Origin: Bacteroidales bacterium
GTDB lineage: Bacteria; Bacteroidota; Bacteroidia; Bacteroidales; JBDKHP01
Reading direction: 5' to 3'
Assembly (NCBI GenBank): GCA_965230435.1
Contig: CBDDLB010000002.1
Location: 2,326,706-2,390,705 of the forward strand
Length of the DNA stretch: 64,000 nt
The notes beneath the pieces are model-generated. The model saw only the letters and a program-made list of their open reading frames with translations, ran no database searches and was not told where the DNA came from. Position numbers and translations under genes: made by a program. Positions 44,280 to 53,166 of the stretch are shown one piece after another. Position 1 is the first letter of the stretch. Each line of letters starts with the position of its first letter.

Positions 44280-45092
44280 ATGGAAATTAAAGGAGATATG
44301 CTTAAAGGCCCTGAGGTTGAATTTGTTAAATCTCCCACTCATGGAGGTAAATTCAAGCCGGGATTGCCAGATACTGTGATCTTACACTATACAGCCGCTC
44401 CAAGTGCTAAATCTGCACTGCGCACACTTACAAACCCAAGAGTAAAAGCATCTGCACACCTTTTGGTACAGCGCGATGGAAATGTGAAGCAGTTGGTTCC
44501 GTTCAACATTATTGCTTGGCATGCCGGCAAGTCGTCTTATAAAGGCCGTTCCGGTTTCAATCAGTATTCTATTGGTATCGAGATCGACAACGCTGGACCA
44601 CTTAAAAAATCAGGGGGTTCGTTCCGCGATGTTTATGGTGTTGAATACGCTGCAAACCAAGCGATAGAAGCTACTCACAGAAACCAGACCCAATCGAAAT
44701 TCTGGCATGCTTATACCGATGTTCAGATTGAAAAGGTGATCGAGATCCTTGAGCTACTTGAAGAAACTTACAATATCAAGAGTATTCTTGGTCATGAAGA
44801 AATTGCACCCCGCCGCAAAACCGATCCGGGACCAGCTTTCCCATTGGACAAAATCCGCAACCAGATTCTTGGCAGCGACCGCGATGTTGAGGAAGAAGAA
44901 GAACTACCAGAAACAGGACGTATATCGGCCAGCAAACTGAATATCCGCGACAAACCAGAGGGCGACCTTGTTGCCAAACCGCTGAAACGCGGATCGAAAG
45001 TGACAATTATCGACAAAAATAAAGACTGGTACAAAGTGAAGACAGAAATCGAAGGGTGGATGTCTGCAAAGTATATCGACACTGACGATTAG
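44280..45092 (+). CDS. N-acetylmuramoyl-L-alanine amidase (Amidase_2/AmpD-PGRP fold) with C-terminal SH3-like domain
   Basis: ILHYTA...AHLLVQRDG...AWHAG...NQYSIGIEI...GHEEIAPRRKTDPGPAFP fits the amidase_2 pattern. The C-terminus GRISASKLNIRDKPEG...WYKVKTEIEGWMSAKYI is SH3b-like. No signal peptide. Confidence 0.85.
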   Translation: MEIKGDMLKGPEVEFVKSPTHGGKFKPGLPDTVILHYTAAPSAKSALRTLTNPRVKASAHLLVQRDGNVKQLVPFNIIAWHAGKSSYKGRSGFNQYSIGIEIDNAGPLKKSGGSFRDVYGVEYAANQAIEATHRNQTQSKFWHAYTDVQIEKVIEILELLEETYNIKSILGHEEIAPRRKTDPGPAFPLDKIRNQILGSDRDVEEEEELPETGRISASKLNIRDKPEGDLVAKPLKRGSKVTIIDKNKDWYKVKTEIEGWMSAKYIDTDD

Positions 45093-45135
45093 CCATTTCA
45101 AACAAAACCTAAGTTTGAGGATCTATTTTTGGCAT

Positions 45136-45240
45136 TAAGGTCTCAGACCTATTTATTTTAGATTTATTTTGCACAAGTGACCAGATACTTAGCATCTGAA
45201 TAAATCTAGATTAATTATGACTGACTACTTATGAATTATT
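45136..45240 (+). repeat. ~95-bp intergenic repeat family, reference copy
   Basis: TAAGGTCTCAGACCTATTTATTTTAGATTTATTTTGCACAAGTGACCAGATACTTAGCATCTGAATAAATCTAGATTAATTATGACTGACTACTTATGAATTATT. It begins with a short AGGTC/GACCT hairpin plus a T-rich run, 45 nt after the amidase stop. Confidence 0.5.
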
Positions 45241-45405
45241 AATAACGAGTTATAAATTGAGTGGTGGTTGATAAATACCCGTGTCAATTGTTTAATAGTT
45301 ATTAATATTTATTCCTTAATTTTTAAATAATTCGATGTACTAACGATACATTCTGGATTCATTTAAATTGAAAATATATCCTGATACTTAAAAACATATA
45401 TTATT

Positions 45406-45813
45406 ATGAAAAAAATCTGGATAATACTGGGTTTTGTTGTGCTTGTTCTTGCGGTGGTTATTCTTTCTGCTACAGGTATAATTGATATATCGTGGCAGGA
45501 CTTATCTATGATTGCGGCAGCAGCTGTGGCTCCTCTGAAAATGCTTTTTGACAAGCTTGGCGGTCAGGACGAAGTTGACAAAATTGTCGATAATCAGAAA
45601 CAACGCCAACAAGAGGAAAAAGAGCACCGTGAAAAAATGGATGCCCTGATTGCCGAAAAAACCAAACGCATAGAAGAGCTGAACAAAGAGCTTGAGGTGC
45701 AGGATGCCAAACTTCAGGTGGTTGAAGAAAAAAAGAAAAGAGTGGCTACTGAAGTGAAAAGCATGACCATAGAAGAAACTAAGAAAGAAGCTATGGATCT
45801 GTTTGGCGAATAA
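45406..45813 (+). CDS. Membrane-anchored coiled-coil protein (N-terminal TM)
   Basis: 135 aa. KIWIILGFVVLVLAVVILSA forms the TM, followed by a Glu/Lys-rich coiled coil. Confidence 0.6.
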   Translation: MKKIWIILGFVVLVLAVVILSATGIIDISWQDLSMIAAAAVAPLKMLFDKLGGQDEVDKIVDNQKQRQQEEKEHREKMDALIAEKTKRIEELNKELEVQDAKLQVVEEKKKRVATEVKSMTIEETKKEAMDLFGE

Positions 45814-45931
45814 AGCTTCGCTTCGTGCATTATGAATTATAAACTATGAGAATTATTAGATTGGCCGGCACATACTTTTCCGTTTCTGCCAATTATGTAA
45901 TTCAAGGTTATCCTTTAACCTTCACTCTGTT

Positions 45932-46357
45932 ATGAACAAACACTTTTTAATATTACTCGTAGCTTTTCTTCCTCTTTTTGCTTTGGGACAAAATTATCCT
46001 TACGAGATACTGCCAGGCCAGTCTAAACTGGTACAGCCAGAGCAGGATACTCTTTGGGTACTGAAACACTCTCAAATGCAAAGGGCTATTATTTTTGGGA
46101 AAGAAAATAAACTCCTAAAGGAAGAGATAGCGATACTGAAACAGAAAATCGGTACCAAGACCAACATTAACCAAGAGAGTGATTCGTTGGTGGCGCTATG
46201 CAAGAAAGATCTTGAGTTTTACATGACCAAACATCAGGAAGCTGAAAAAGATCTGAGCATCGTGGTAAAAAAATACAAACGCCAAAAGTTATTTAAAAAC
46301 ATTTTCTTAGGCGGCATGGCTGCTTCGTTTTTATTGGGCGCATATCTATTCCGCTAA
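45932..46357 (+). CDS. Secreted coiled-coil protein with C-terminal TM anchor
   Basis: 141 aa with signal peptide MNKHFLILLVAFLPLFALGQ, a central coil, and C-terminal IFLGGMAASFLLGAYLF. Confidence 0.6.
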   Translation: MNKHFLILLVAFLPLFALGQNYPYEILPGQSKLVQPEQDTLWVLKHSQMQRAIIFGKENKLLKEEIAILKQKIGTKTNINQESDSLVALCKKDLEFYMTKHQEAEKDLSIVVKKYKRQKLFKNIFLGGMAASFLLGAYLFR

Positions 46358-46369
46358 AAAAAGAAACAG

Positions 46370-46873
46370 ATGGAAAATAATATGGAAGATTCAACATTCA
46401 TCCTTTACTTTTACCTACCATTGATGATATGGATGGTACTTATCGTAATTTTGTTCGCTTTCTTAATGTATAAATACACGTTTGGGGAATGGACAAAAGA
46501 GAACCCGAACCCATATGCTAAAGAAACTTTAGGGCTACCTCGTGGAATTTTCAGAGCTGTATTGACACTCAGCCTCTTGTTCGCTACAATTGTTTTCGAA
46601 CTTGTACAAATGAAACTAGGAAGACCTGAGTCTTGGGTAGCTGAGTTTATGACAGCTTTCCAGATGATGATTGCATTCTACTTTGGTTCGAAAGTTATGC
46701 ACCATGTGGCCTCTAACGACCGTAAGAAGACAAGCGAGCGTGCAAAAGAAGCTGTTGAGGTAGCTAAATATGGTGGAACAATCGGAGGGGCTTACAATCC
46801 ACCTTCAACAAACAGAGGCACTTCGAAAGGTGACTCTGGTAATGATTTCTACGACCCCGAATCGGCTGGTTGA
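46370..46873 (+). CDS. Three-TM small membrane protein with charged C-terminal tail (holin-like topology)
   Basis: 167 aa with three hydrophobic segments followed by a Lys/Glu/Gly-rich tail. Starts 12 nt after the previous gene. Confidence 0.6.
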   Translation: MENNMEDSTFILYFYLPLMIWMVLIVILFAFLMYKYTFGEWTKENPNPYAKETLGLPRGIFRAVLTLSLLFATIVFELVQMKLGRPESWVAEFMTAFQMMIAFYFGSKVMHHVASNDRKKTSERAKEAVEVAKYGGTIGGAYNPPSTNRGTSKGDSGNDFYDPESAG

Positions 46874-46901
46874 TAGGAATTTCCACTAACGATCTTATAC
46901 A

Positions 46902-46941
46902 AGGCTATCCTATTAAACTTTCATGGGATGGCCTTTTTTTG
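46902..46941 (+). terminator. Rho-independent terminator closing the 45406-46873 operon
   Basis: AGGCTATCC (46902-46910) pairs with GGATGGCCT (46926-46934), including one G-U pair, and is followed by TTTTTTT. Confidence 0.7.
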
Positions 46942-46964
46942 ATTTCTAACCAATAACGAACTAC

Positions 46965-47675
46965 ATGAAAACTATTATCTGCCCTGAATGTAGCTCTGTA
47001 ATTCCCAACGAAAACATAAACATAAGCACAAACCTTGCGCAATGTGGAAATTGCCAGAGTATTCATAAACTTGATGAGCTTGTTGGGCAAAAAACTGAAT
47101 CACCTGTGATGACAAAGCCTCCTAGAGGCAGCAATATAAAACTGTCGACAAAAGGCGATAGCAATGTGGAAATCACACTTCCAGCACTTGGCTTTAAAAT
47201 GAGCCATATTCCAATTATCGTCTTCATGACATTTTGGTTGGGGTTCGTTGCCTTTTGGACAAGTATGGCTGCTGTTGGCAGCATTATTTTTGCACTGTTC
47301 TCTATACCCTTTTGGGCTGTTGGTATTTTCATGCTTCTAAGCGTTCTAAATTCAATACGGGAAGAACAGACCATACAAGTGAACAGCAAAGAAATAAGAG
47401 TCGTAAAACAGCGTGTTACCAATAGTAGTATCAAAACTTTTTCTGTGCAGGATGTTGAACGAATTGAAATGAAATTACAAAACATGGATATACGGCAATT
47501 TCATCTTGCATTCCGAAATTCGTCTAGAGTTAGCCGACAGGGTAAAACTTCTATAATCAGTTTACCTTGTATTATTGCGGGAGTAGATCAGCATTCATTT
47601 TTCGAGCATGCACTTGAAGCTGAACAAGATTGGGTCGTTTCCTTTTTGAATGCTTTTTTTCATAAAATTCGATGA
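46965..47675 (+). CDS. Zinc-ribbon membrane protein
   Basis: 236 aa. The N-terminus has a CPEC...CGNC zinc-ribbon, followed by two adjacent TM helices and an uncharacterised C-terminal domain. Confidence 0.6.
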   Translation: MKTIICPECSSVIPNENINISTNLAQCGNCQSIHKLDELVGQKTESPVMTKPPRGSNIKLSTKGDSNVEITLPALGFKMSHIPIIVFMTFWLGFVAFWTSMAAVGSIIFALFSIPFWAVGIFMLLSVLNSIREEQTIQVNSKEIRVVKQRVTNSSIKTFSVQDVERIEMKLQNMDIRQFHLAFRNSSRVSRQGKTSIISLPCIIAGVDQHSFFEHALEAEQDWVVSFLNAFFHKIR

Positions 47676-47698
47676 GTTTAAATTTCATCTAAATTCCT

Positions 47699-49139
47699 GA
47701 TGGTGTTACACATGTAATACTTTTATTGTGAAATGGTCTCTCATCGCCTTCCTAAAAGAGGGCTCCAATGTGAATGTTGTGCGCAACTAAAACAAGCGAC
47801 CGACAAACAAGTAATAAACAGTATGATAAAGCTAAAATTTAAGGATATACAATTACATTTAATAAGCATTGTTCTATTCCTAAACTCTTTTTTATGTGTT
47901 GCTCAAAATGATATTTTAAAGCGAATACAACCAGAAGAAGCTGGTTTTTCATCAGAAAAACTGATGGAACTTGATTCTTATCTTGAGGAAATAGGTTCAA
48001 GTTCAGTGATATTGATTTCAGATGGTAAGGTTTTCTATGAATGGGGCGATATTCACAAAAAGCATCTTGTACATTCGGTTAGAAAAGCAATGCTTAACTC
48101 TCTATATGGAATATATATTGGGAAAGGGGTAATCGACACTAGTTTAACTATGGCAGAAATAGGAATAGATGACATTGAACCTAAACTTTCCGAGCTCGAA
48201 AAAAGTGCTAAAATTATTGATTTGCTAAAAGCACGTTCAGGAATTTATCATCCTGCGGCTGCAGAAACTTCTGATATGGAGAAATCTAAACCTGCTCGTG
48301 GCAGCAAAAAGCCTGGTGAACAGTACTATTATAATAATTGGGATTTTAATACTCTTGGGGCAATATTTGAAAAAATGACTGGAAAGAGTATCTATAATGC
48401 GTTTTATGAGGATGTTGCTCAACCAATAGGGATGCTAAATTATTATGGGACATATGATAGTATTAATACTTCAGTTCCAAACTGGGAAATTCCCATGACA
48501 GATGGATATTATCGATATGAACCGAATAAATCTCAATACCCAGCCTATCACTTTAGAATTTCGGCTTATGACCTTGCGTTATATGGAATTCTCTATGCAA
48601 ACAATGGTGAGTGGGAAGGGAAACAAATCGTACCGATGAATTGGATTGAATACAGCATAAAACCTCACTCAATTACTAACGAGAAAAAAGGATATGCAAG
48701 TGGAATTCTTTGGGACATTAATTTTAAACGCGGTTCATATCAATTTGCAGGTTATGGGGGACAGCTATTGACTATTTATCCAGATTCTAAGCTTGTAATT
48801 GTACATCGGGCCGATACGGAAATGGAACATTCTTTAATGCCAATGGGAAAAATGTACGCTATATTCGGATATATTTTTGGAGCAAAAAATAACTGATAGA
48901 CTAAGAATAGCAGCGCACAACGTGTATAGTGCACAAGGGGTTCAGTGGTTTTCGAGCGGTATCACCCGCATCGATTTTGAGTGGTAACTTGATAGTTTTG
49001 AAGTCCGCAATCCCTTACAACACCACACACTCAACGTTCCTTAATTAGCATCGTATTGATTCGTAAACTTTTCAATGCTATTCGATAACTAAATGCTCCT
49101 TAAGAAGACAATAGGGATATTTCGAACAGCATTACATGT
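47699..49139 (+). mobile_element. TIR-bounded element carrying a passenger gene (long form of the 184-bp element at 56164-56347)
   Basis: The left arm 47699-47778 and right arm ~49036-49139 align with the two contiguous halves of the reverse complement of 56164-56347. The termini contain ACATGTAAT...ATTACATGT. The arms are separated here by ~1.26 kb. Confidence 0.45.
47823..48896 (+). CDS. Beta-lactamase-fold serine hydrolase (class C/esterase-like family)
   Basis: The signal peptide MIKLKFKDIQLHLISIVLFLNSFLCVAQ begins at the internal Met. Overall resemblance to the Beta-lactamase superfamily (blocks YYYNNWDFNTLG and GYGGQLLTIYP). An SxxK catalytic motif is not obvious (SVRK at HSVRKAM). Confidence 0.7.
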   Translation: MIKLKFKDIQLHLISIVLFLNSFLCVAQNDILKRIQPEEAGFSSEKLMELDSYLEEIGSSSVILISDGKVFYEWGDIHKKHLVHSVRKAMLNSLYGIYIGKGVIDTSLTMAEIGIDDIEPKLSELEKSAKIIDLLKARSGIYHPAAAETSDMEKSKPARGSKKPGEQYYYNNWDFNTLGAIFEKMTGKSIYNAFYEDVAQPIGMLNYYGTYDSINTSVPNWEIPMTDGYYRYEPNKSQYPAYHFRISAYDLALYGILYANNGEWEGKQIVPMNWIEYSIKPHSITNEKKGYASGILWDINFKRGSYQFAGYGGQLLTIYPDSKLVIVHRADTEMEHSLMPMGKMYAIFGYIFGAKNN

Positions 49140-49201
49140 AATCAAATTCCCAAGGAAGAACGTAAAAAGGATTTTACCTCACGCCATTACGCTGATAAAA
49201 T

Positions 49202-51274
49202 TCACAATGGAACCACAAGCGCACCACTTTCCCTCACAGAATGATAAGGTACACTCTGCTCCTTGCACTCCTTTTCAATATATTTTGAACGGAACCTGTT
49301 ATTAGAACCATCGATAATCAACGAATCGAAATTGAATAAATGCTTCAACTCCCCAATTTCAACTTTAACATTATTTGATATTATCAGCCAATCTACATCA
49401 ATTGGGGTTGCAGCAGACCGTTTCAATATTGAATTATCGCGTAACAGAAAAATCCGTTTTCTTCCAAACTCCGCGAAACCATGATAACCAAATCCGTCGT
49501 CTACATTTCTGTATTCTGCGTGTTTAAGTGGAGTATATCGAGAAACTAAATAAGAATGCGTAAAATAGTCCAGCTTCCCATACGATGTTTCGTCTTCATC
49601 CGTCCAAAAAACCACACGCCCTTCCTTATTCATAGCAATGAGTGTTTTTTTATTTACATTGAACACCACAATTTCGGAAGTCCTTGACCGTGTTATATCT
49701 TGCCAGACCGAATTAGCAACAAAGAACAAAAAGGCTCCAAGCATTGCATAAACGAACCCTTGCTTCTTGTACTGCAACCAAAGGCCAATCATTGCAAGCA
49801 ATACATAGAACATTATCAATTGAAAGGGAGAAATGGATATTGCCACCCATGTAGAATTTGGCAATGCTTCCACAGTCTCAACGCCTGCTATAAGTTGTTG
49901 TAAAAAGAATTTAAAAATACCTGCAAAATCACCCAGAATCTCAGGAGGAATAAAAGAAAATGGAATAGCCAACAAGGCTAACACCACGAGAATAAATGCC
50001 AGCGGAACTGCAAACAGATTAGTGATATAAAAATAATTAGGAAACTGATGAAAGTAATACAATGTAAGCCCAAGTGTACCCATCTGAGCGATGAAAGAAA
50101 CGGAAAATGAATCGATAAGAAATTTAGGCAACCAATCAGGAAGCTTGAGTTCATTGTCCACATACCCCTGAAAATAAACAATAGCTGCAACTGCTGAAAA
50201 CGACAACTGAAACCCCACATCAAACAGAAAGGCAGGTCTCCAAAAAAGCAATAAAAAAGCCGTAGCAGCCAACTTGTTGAAAAAGTTTGAGGTAGACAAA
50301 AACACCTCTCCCAGAATAAATATGGAGAACATAATTGCAGAACGCATTACTGAAGGTGAAAGTCCCGTAAGCAGAGCAAACACCCAAAGAATACCTATAA
50401 GAAGAAACGGCCGCAACCAACGCCGAAAAAACAAAAATGGGAAAAGACTAAGTATGCGCAAAAACACGAGATAAACAATACCTACATGAAGCCCTGAAAC
50501 TGCCAGAATGTGCATTGCCCCGCTACTAGAAAAAGCGCTCTTCGTACCTGGATCCAATGCATTTTTATACCCCAAAGTCAATGCAGAAGCTACAGCGAAC
50601 TCTTGTTTGCTCAAGCCCATTCTTTTGTAGTTCTGTAAAAGATAACGCCTCCACTTTTTAGCTTCGTACACAATGTTGAAACTTTCGTTGGAATGGCTAT
50701 ACATGAAACTTCCGTCCTTTAAAAATACAGACTGAAATATTCCACGCAAAGCCATATACCTTACCTTATCGAATTCTCCTGGATTGCCTGCATTCCTTAT
50801 CCGTTGCAAACTACACCTTGCCAGAATCACGCTCCCTGGAAAAAGATTGGGCTGACTATCCGTATTGAAATATAACTGCAACTTTACCAAACGGGCATAG
50901 GCCGAATCGCGTGTACCATACAACAAGCCTGTGGTTTTATAAGCTGTTGTAGTAGCTGTGAAGTCGTCTGTAATTTCAATTGCATATACATCTTCGCCTG
51001 CTTCCACATACATAGGCTCCACTTTCTTCATCTGCCACATCCATGCACCGGAGACAAACAAAAAAGCAACAACAGAAGGAACAAAAAACAAACGGAAAGA
51101 ATAAAAAATGCTTAGGTTAAGCAAAAAGACAAGGATGAGTAGACCAACCAAAAATACAACATATAGTTTTTCAGAAACACCCCAATATTCCTCAAACAAG
51201 ATCCCCAAAATGTAAGGTAGTAATAACCGAAGAAAAATATGCCGACCAGAAATGCTGTGAATAGAAATAGCCAT
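49202..51274 (-). CDS. comEC: ComEC/Rec2 family competence (DNA internalisation) membrane protein
   Basis: About 690 aa and polytopic. Contains a competence-domain-like core (SGAMHILAVSGLHVGIV ... MRSAIMFSIFILG). ATG at 51274; the track start at 51292 is GTG. Confidence 0.85.
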   Translation of the reverse strand: MAISIHSISGRHIFLRLLLPYILGILFEEYWGVSEKLYVVFLVGLLILVFLLNLSIFYSFRLFFVPSVVAFLFVSGAWMWQMKKVEPMYVEAGEDVYAIEITDDFTATTTAYKTTGLLYGTRDSAYARLVKLQLYFNTDSQPNLFPGSVILARCSLQRIRNAGNPGEFDKVRYMALRGIFQSVFLKDGSFMYSHSNESFNIVYEAKKWRRYLLQNYKRMGLSKQEFAVASALTLGYKNALDPGTKSAFSSSGAMHILAVSGLHVGIVYLVFLRILSLFPFLFFRRWLRPFLLIGILWVFALLTGLSPSVMRSAIMFSIFILGEVFLSTSNFFNKLAATAFLLLFWRPAFLFDVGFQLSFSAVAAIVYFQGYVDNELKLPDWLPKFLIDSFSVSFIAQMGTLGLTLYYFHQFPNYFYITNLFAVPLAFILVVLALLAIPFSFIPPEILGDFAGIFKFFLQQLIAGVETVEALPNSTWVAISISPFQLIMFYVLLAMIGLWLQYKKQGFVYAMLGAFLFFVANSVWQDITRSRTSEIVVFNVNKKTLIAMNKEGRVVFWTDEDETSYGKLDYFTHSYLVSRYTPLKHAEYRNVDDGFGYHGFAEFGRKRIFLLRDNSILKRSAATPIDVDWLIISNNVKVEIGELKHLFNFDSLIIDGSNNRFRSKYIEKECKEQSVPYHSVRESGALVVPL

Positions 51275-51295
51275 CTTTTCTTTGAATCTCACTAC

Positions 51296-51427
51296 TAAAT
51301 AAAGTGTAAAGAATAATTTCAGTCAAAGCACACAAGGCGTTCAATACCAAAGCGTGCCAGAGCCGTAAGGATTTGGACGACCGCAGAGCAACGAAAACCG
51401 AAGTTGTTTTTTCAGCTTTACTAAGGT
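51296..51427 (-). mobile_element. 132-bp MITE-like element, copy B
   Basis: The reverse complement aligns along its whole length with 20470-20601. It lies about 20 nt upstream of the comEC ATG. Confidence 0.7.
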
Positions 51428-51610
51428 AAGTGAAATTAAAAAAGTAAGCTAGTCCAAGACGCATTTAGTTCTTTAAACCAGGATGAAGCCTTCGTATGTA
51501 AAAAATAAAAATCGGAATACTACGAAGGAATAGATTTTTACGTCCACTAAAAAAGCGCCGAGTAAAATCTCCCGACGCTTGCCCAAAATAATTGTAATCA
51601 AATAGGTGAA

Positions 51611-52624
51611 TTACACCATTTCATATTTATCCAACACTCCCTGAGAGTTAATCAGTAAATCGACATATTGTGCGCGAGCATATGCAAACGGATCGCTATT
51701 CTGCTTACGGGACAGTTTACCTTTGAAATCAGCTAAACTGGTATATCCTTTTTCGTTCATCCAAACTTGGATATCCTTAAGCATTGTCGTAATGTATTCC
51801 GGTCCGTTCTGGAATAATGCACTTACCACCTGAACATTATCAGCTCCGGCCAACAACATCTGAACTATAGTAGTTCCATCGAGTATTCCATTAGCAGCTG
51901 ATATTGAAGCATCGATATTTCCATACAAAAGTCCTGCAAAACGAAGAGCAAGGCGGCTATCGCGCTTGCCACTCATGTTCCATGGGAAGTAGTTAGTTTC
52001 GGCCTGAACATCGATTTCTGGCTGGAACAAACGGTTGAAGGTTACGATAGAATCCACACCAGCCTCATCCAACTTTTTGATAAAACGAAGTGGGCTTGTG
52101 TAATATGGGCTAAGCTTCACTGCAACAGGAATATTGATCGCATCTTTCACCCTCTTTAGCACTTCAATCTGTTCGCTTTCTATTTCATCTGCTGTTTGCT
52201 CAAAATCTTTAGGTACGGCATAGAAGTTAAGTTCCAAACCATCGATACCTGTTTCGGCCAACAGTTTTGCATAATCTGCCCACGACTCTTTGTACAAACA
52301 GTTAAGGCTACCGAACAAAGGAATACTAACCTGCTCGCGTGCCTGGCGCAACCCCTGCAAAAATTCATCTGGTCCTGCGTGCTGAATTTTTGGGAACAGA
52401 GAAATCATTTCTGCATGACGGTCGGCATATGCTTCAAGATCTTGAGAAAGTTTCCATTCCTCAAGATGTAATTGTTCTTCGAATAGAGATTTATATACAA
52501 CTGCACCCGCTCCATTTTCTTCTGCTTTACGCAAAAATTCTAAATTAGCGGTCATGTTATTTGCTCCAACTATAATAGGGTTCTTCAAACTCACACCCAT
52601 ATAGGTGGTACGTAGATCTGCCAT
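51611..52624 (-). CDS. Dihydroorotate dehydrogenase-like TIM-barrel flavoprotein
   Basis: 337 aa. Contains MADLRTTYMGVSLKNPIIVGA..., and the overall pattern resembles the PyrD-like family. Confidence 0.8.
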   Translation of the reverse strand: MADLRTTYMGVSLKNPIIVGANNMTANLEFLRKAEENGAGAVVYKSLFEEQLHLEEWKLSQDLEAYADRHAEMISLFPKIQHAGPDEFLQGLRQAREQVSIPLFGSLNCLYKESWADYAKLLAETGIDGLELNFYAVPKDFEQTADEIESEQIEVLKRVKDAINIPVAVKLSPYYTSPLRFIKKLDEAGVDSIVTFNRLFQPEIDVQAETNYFPWNMSGKRDSRLALRFAGLLYGNIDASISAANGILDGTTIVQMLLAGADNVQVVSALFQNGPEYITTMLKDIQVWMNEKGYTSLADFKGKLSRKQNSDPFAYARAQYVDLLINSQGVLDKYEMV

Positions 52625-53166
52625 AATTTAATAGATTAGTTTAAGTTAAATCAAAATGATGGTCTGGTCGGATGGTACTGCCCCGACAAAAAACCAGTTG
52701 CGGTATCGTGGTGCTTAAAAGTAAGAGAATAAAACAGAAAAACGAAATTTCGCTAGAGGATTTTTTTTACGTAAACCACAGTATAGCTCCTTTTCTGAAG
52801 GATTTTAACTTTGATCTTTCAGAAAACTAAAAAGCAAAGAGCCTTCTGGTAATATCTACACACGGACATTAAGTTTGGCGGCATCCAGAATTCAGTTCTT
52901 TGAACTATCTGTCAGGTGAGGCGTTCGGAATCATTAAAAGGTATTATTTAAAAATAAGGCAATAATGTTTTTATATTCAGAATCTTATCAATGAAAATCA
53001 AACCTTAGTAGAATCGGGAATAGCATCATCATCCAACCTTATTTGCTCCCAAAACTGGGACAACTTTTGAGACAAACCGAACACGCCACCTGTCAGGTAT
53101 TATTCCAAACATCGATATCAACAGCTCGGCTCCTCAAAATTTGTATTTAATACATTTCAACAAATC

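Noticed and set aside
48935-48990. tRNA-like string (GGGGTTCAGTGGTTTTCGAGCGGTATCACCCGC)
   Set aside because: I could not fold it into a cloverleaf with acceptor, anticodon and T arms, and there is no GTTCGAATC-type T-loop. It lies in the extra sequence of the passenger region and is more likely part of that element.
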